Assembly: GCA_012295275.1 (NCBI GenBank)
Contig: CM022672.1
Location: 1,612,001 to 1,676,000, forward strand
From: Chrysomallon squamiferum
Taxonomy: Eukaryota > Animalia > Mollusca
Direction of reading: 5' to 3'
DNA length: 64,000 bases
Numbering within the stretch: position 1 is the first letter of the stretch; each line of letters opens with the position of its first letter. Both the position numbers and the translations under genes were made by a program. Below the pieces are notes generated by a model, which worked only from the letters and a program-made list of their open reading frames with translations, did not search any database and was not told where the DNA came from. Positions 61,512-64,000 of this stretch are shown piece by piece.

Positions 61512-62564
61512 ACTGATGTGACATCAGTCTGAAAATAATTATCAGAGACATGAAAGGAATGCATAAATGTAATGATGTTAACATAATGCATGCTGGGTAA
61601 AATGAACATCCACTGTTTGGATATAAAGTACATTTTTGAAAATTATGTATGTATGTATGTATGTATGTGTGTGCATATATATATATATATAAACTTCATA
61701 GAGATCAAAGAGAACAACAAAAGAACAACATTTAAAAGAAAATATCATATGCAGTAATCACTAAATTTTGTCAATCCTGATCAAACAGAGAAACAAACTG
61801 CTCAGGTACACTGAAGGACAAAAAGCAAATTTTTAAATTCAAAAATATGCATGTACATGCTGTTATTATCGGACCAGAAAGACATAAACTAAACTAAATC
61901 TGGATTATTTTCAGGATAGAATTTCAAAAACTGTATAATAACACATATTCATGCAGTGCTGTATGTATGTGAATATCTGATCTAAGGCCATATAAATGAA
62001 AGAAAAAGAAAATTATACACTTTTCAATTTATATAAATTATAATTCAAACAACAAAAATGCTATTGAAATGACTAGTTTGATACAGTTTATATCAGTTCA
62101 GCATAATTACAAACCATGGCAAATAAAACACAAAGGCCAGCATATTTAATCTGGGATAGAAACAACCTTGAATCAGAGCTATTTGGTTACATGTTGGTTG
62201 ACAGAAACTGTTGACATATTCAGGTAACATAAGAGCAGTGAAGTACTTCAACCATACAAACACACTATGGGGTTAAATATAAAGTTATTTTCTATATACT
62301 GTATTGTTTTCTCAAAGATTAAAAATGAGAAAGTTCCCTGAAAACAGAATAACAAAAACAAAAGCAGTTATTTCCTATTCTGAATAGAGATCCATATTTG
62401 ACTCATGTGATGAAAAGAGAAACATGAAATAAGATTTTAAAAAATACAAGAGAAAAAGATATATATATTTAACAAAATAATTTTAGAAATTACAAGTGGG
62501 AATGATGAAATGTGCTTAAAAGAAGAGTAAAATTAATATTTGTAAACTGCATTAATTATTATTA

Positions 62565-62604
<40 letters not shown>

Positions 62605-62995
62605 AACAATAAGTACTGTAAAGGTAAAAAATAAAATGTATTTTTATTATGGGAAATGCAGATGTTCTGAAAAACAGAATATAAAACAATCACTCAAGTA
62701 ACACTGGAAACGATGATGATAAATACTGTCCTGGAACAAAACCTTTTTAGTCCAATGTAATAAGTGTAAAATATTAAGTTATTTTTCTAAACAGTCTGCA
62801 TACTTTAAACAGTGTATATAAATTACAATAATAAAACTTTAATACAGAGACATTTAGCATAATTCATGAATAAAATATGAGCTAAAAACATATTTGTTTC
62901 ACTATTCAAAACAAATATTCTTCTGTGAAGTTCATTAAACTGGGAATAAACAATCTTAGCAGCCCATAAAATTTACCAAAAATACAAAACAAACC

Positions 62996-63026
<31 letters not shown>

Positions 63027-64000
63027 CCAAACCTTTTGATAATTACATCTTTTTTCTTTTATAACAATTATTATTTCAAACAGATTCTGTTTCCAGCTAC
63101 AGAGGTACTGGTGTAATATATATCCATAACAGAACAGATACACAATTAACTAAGAATACTCACAAGTAACCACTAGCCTTAGGGTGGAAAGTAAAAATGA
63201 CACTCTGCCAATGCAGGTAATCTTTCAATTCATTACCTGACAAAAGACAGGACACTGGTCATGGAATACAACACGTACCAATATAATAACAGTGTTTACT
63301 TTTGGAATACTTGCTGAACCTGCCAGCCGTAGATGTAGGAATCTTGTCATTTCCTGTCAGCATAAAACGAAAACCTGCTGCAAGAAACAATTAGGCCTCT
63401 GCAGGTGTCAGGAAATAAATTTACTTCAAGTAATAAAGATAGTCCATAAAATGACAGCAGGTAACCACTTTTTATAAATATATACAAGTTATGATTTTTT
63501 TTTTTTTTTTAACGCAAAGATATGAAAACAAATCTTTTTATGTATGGGCATGTGTGTCTGCATATGTGTGCATATGCATGTGCATGTTTGCAGCTGTTCA
63601 ACTATGTGTATATATTGGATATTATGATTTTATTTCTAAATATAGAAATATTTCACTAAATGGACAATTGTTGTTACAACTATTTCCTTTCAAAAAGTGG
63701 ATCGTTTGATTTTCAGAAGACACTTAAGCATTCTACGACACCATTAAACTGCAGGCATTAACACTCTGTGTTATTTAACCTGGATACAAACAAACTACCT
63801 GCTGCCAGTCCTCTGTTAATCAGATGTGTGAGGATATTTTTTAACAAATACAATTTATTTTATTAACAAACAAAGCTATATCATATTTCTCTGATGTGTA
63901 CAAACATTTACATATAATGCTATAATGTACATATGTGTAATTTTAGATCTGATATATTTCAAGACATTTGATTTTAATTCCACACCTGTTTTGCAAACAT

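Overview
AT-rich, microsatellite-dense, intron-containing animal DNA, most likely from a mollusc (an NKY-type neuropeptide precursor and a decayed SINE resembling one I recall from gastropods). I reconstructed five spliced genes by hand from splice sites and reading-frame phase. (1-2) A tandem pair of SLC23/NAT nucleobase-ascorbate transporter paralogs on +: copy A is 5'-truncated by the window edge and needs a GC-AG intron; copy B is complete but has a 1-nt frameshift in coding exon 2. (3) A 312-aa membrane-anchored RDH11/12/13/14-type SDR on -. (4) A 108-aa NKY-type (…FRYamide) neuropeptide precursor on -. (5) A ~1864-aa mostly low-complexity protein with a C-terminal PAR6-like PDZ domain, KIAA1614-like, on -. 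Also present: a 312-bp Tigger/pogo-type MITE resembling mammalian Tigger4/MER46 nested in a SINE remnant, a tRNA-derived SINE-like head, minisatellites that multiply splice sites, local exon/UTR duplications and mosaic CpG depletion. Most entries in the ORF track are microsatellite or antisense artefacts. I found no clearly new multi-gene system; the best leads are the frameshifted and divergent SLC23 pair, the variant NKY peptide, the Tigger4-like MITE and the PDZ scaffold. All family assignments rest on recalled motifs, not database searches.
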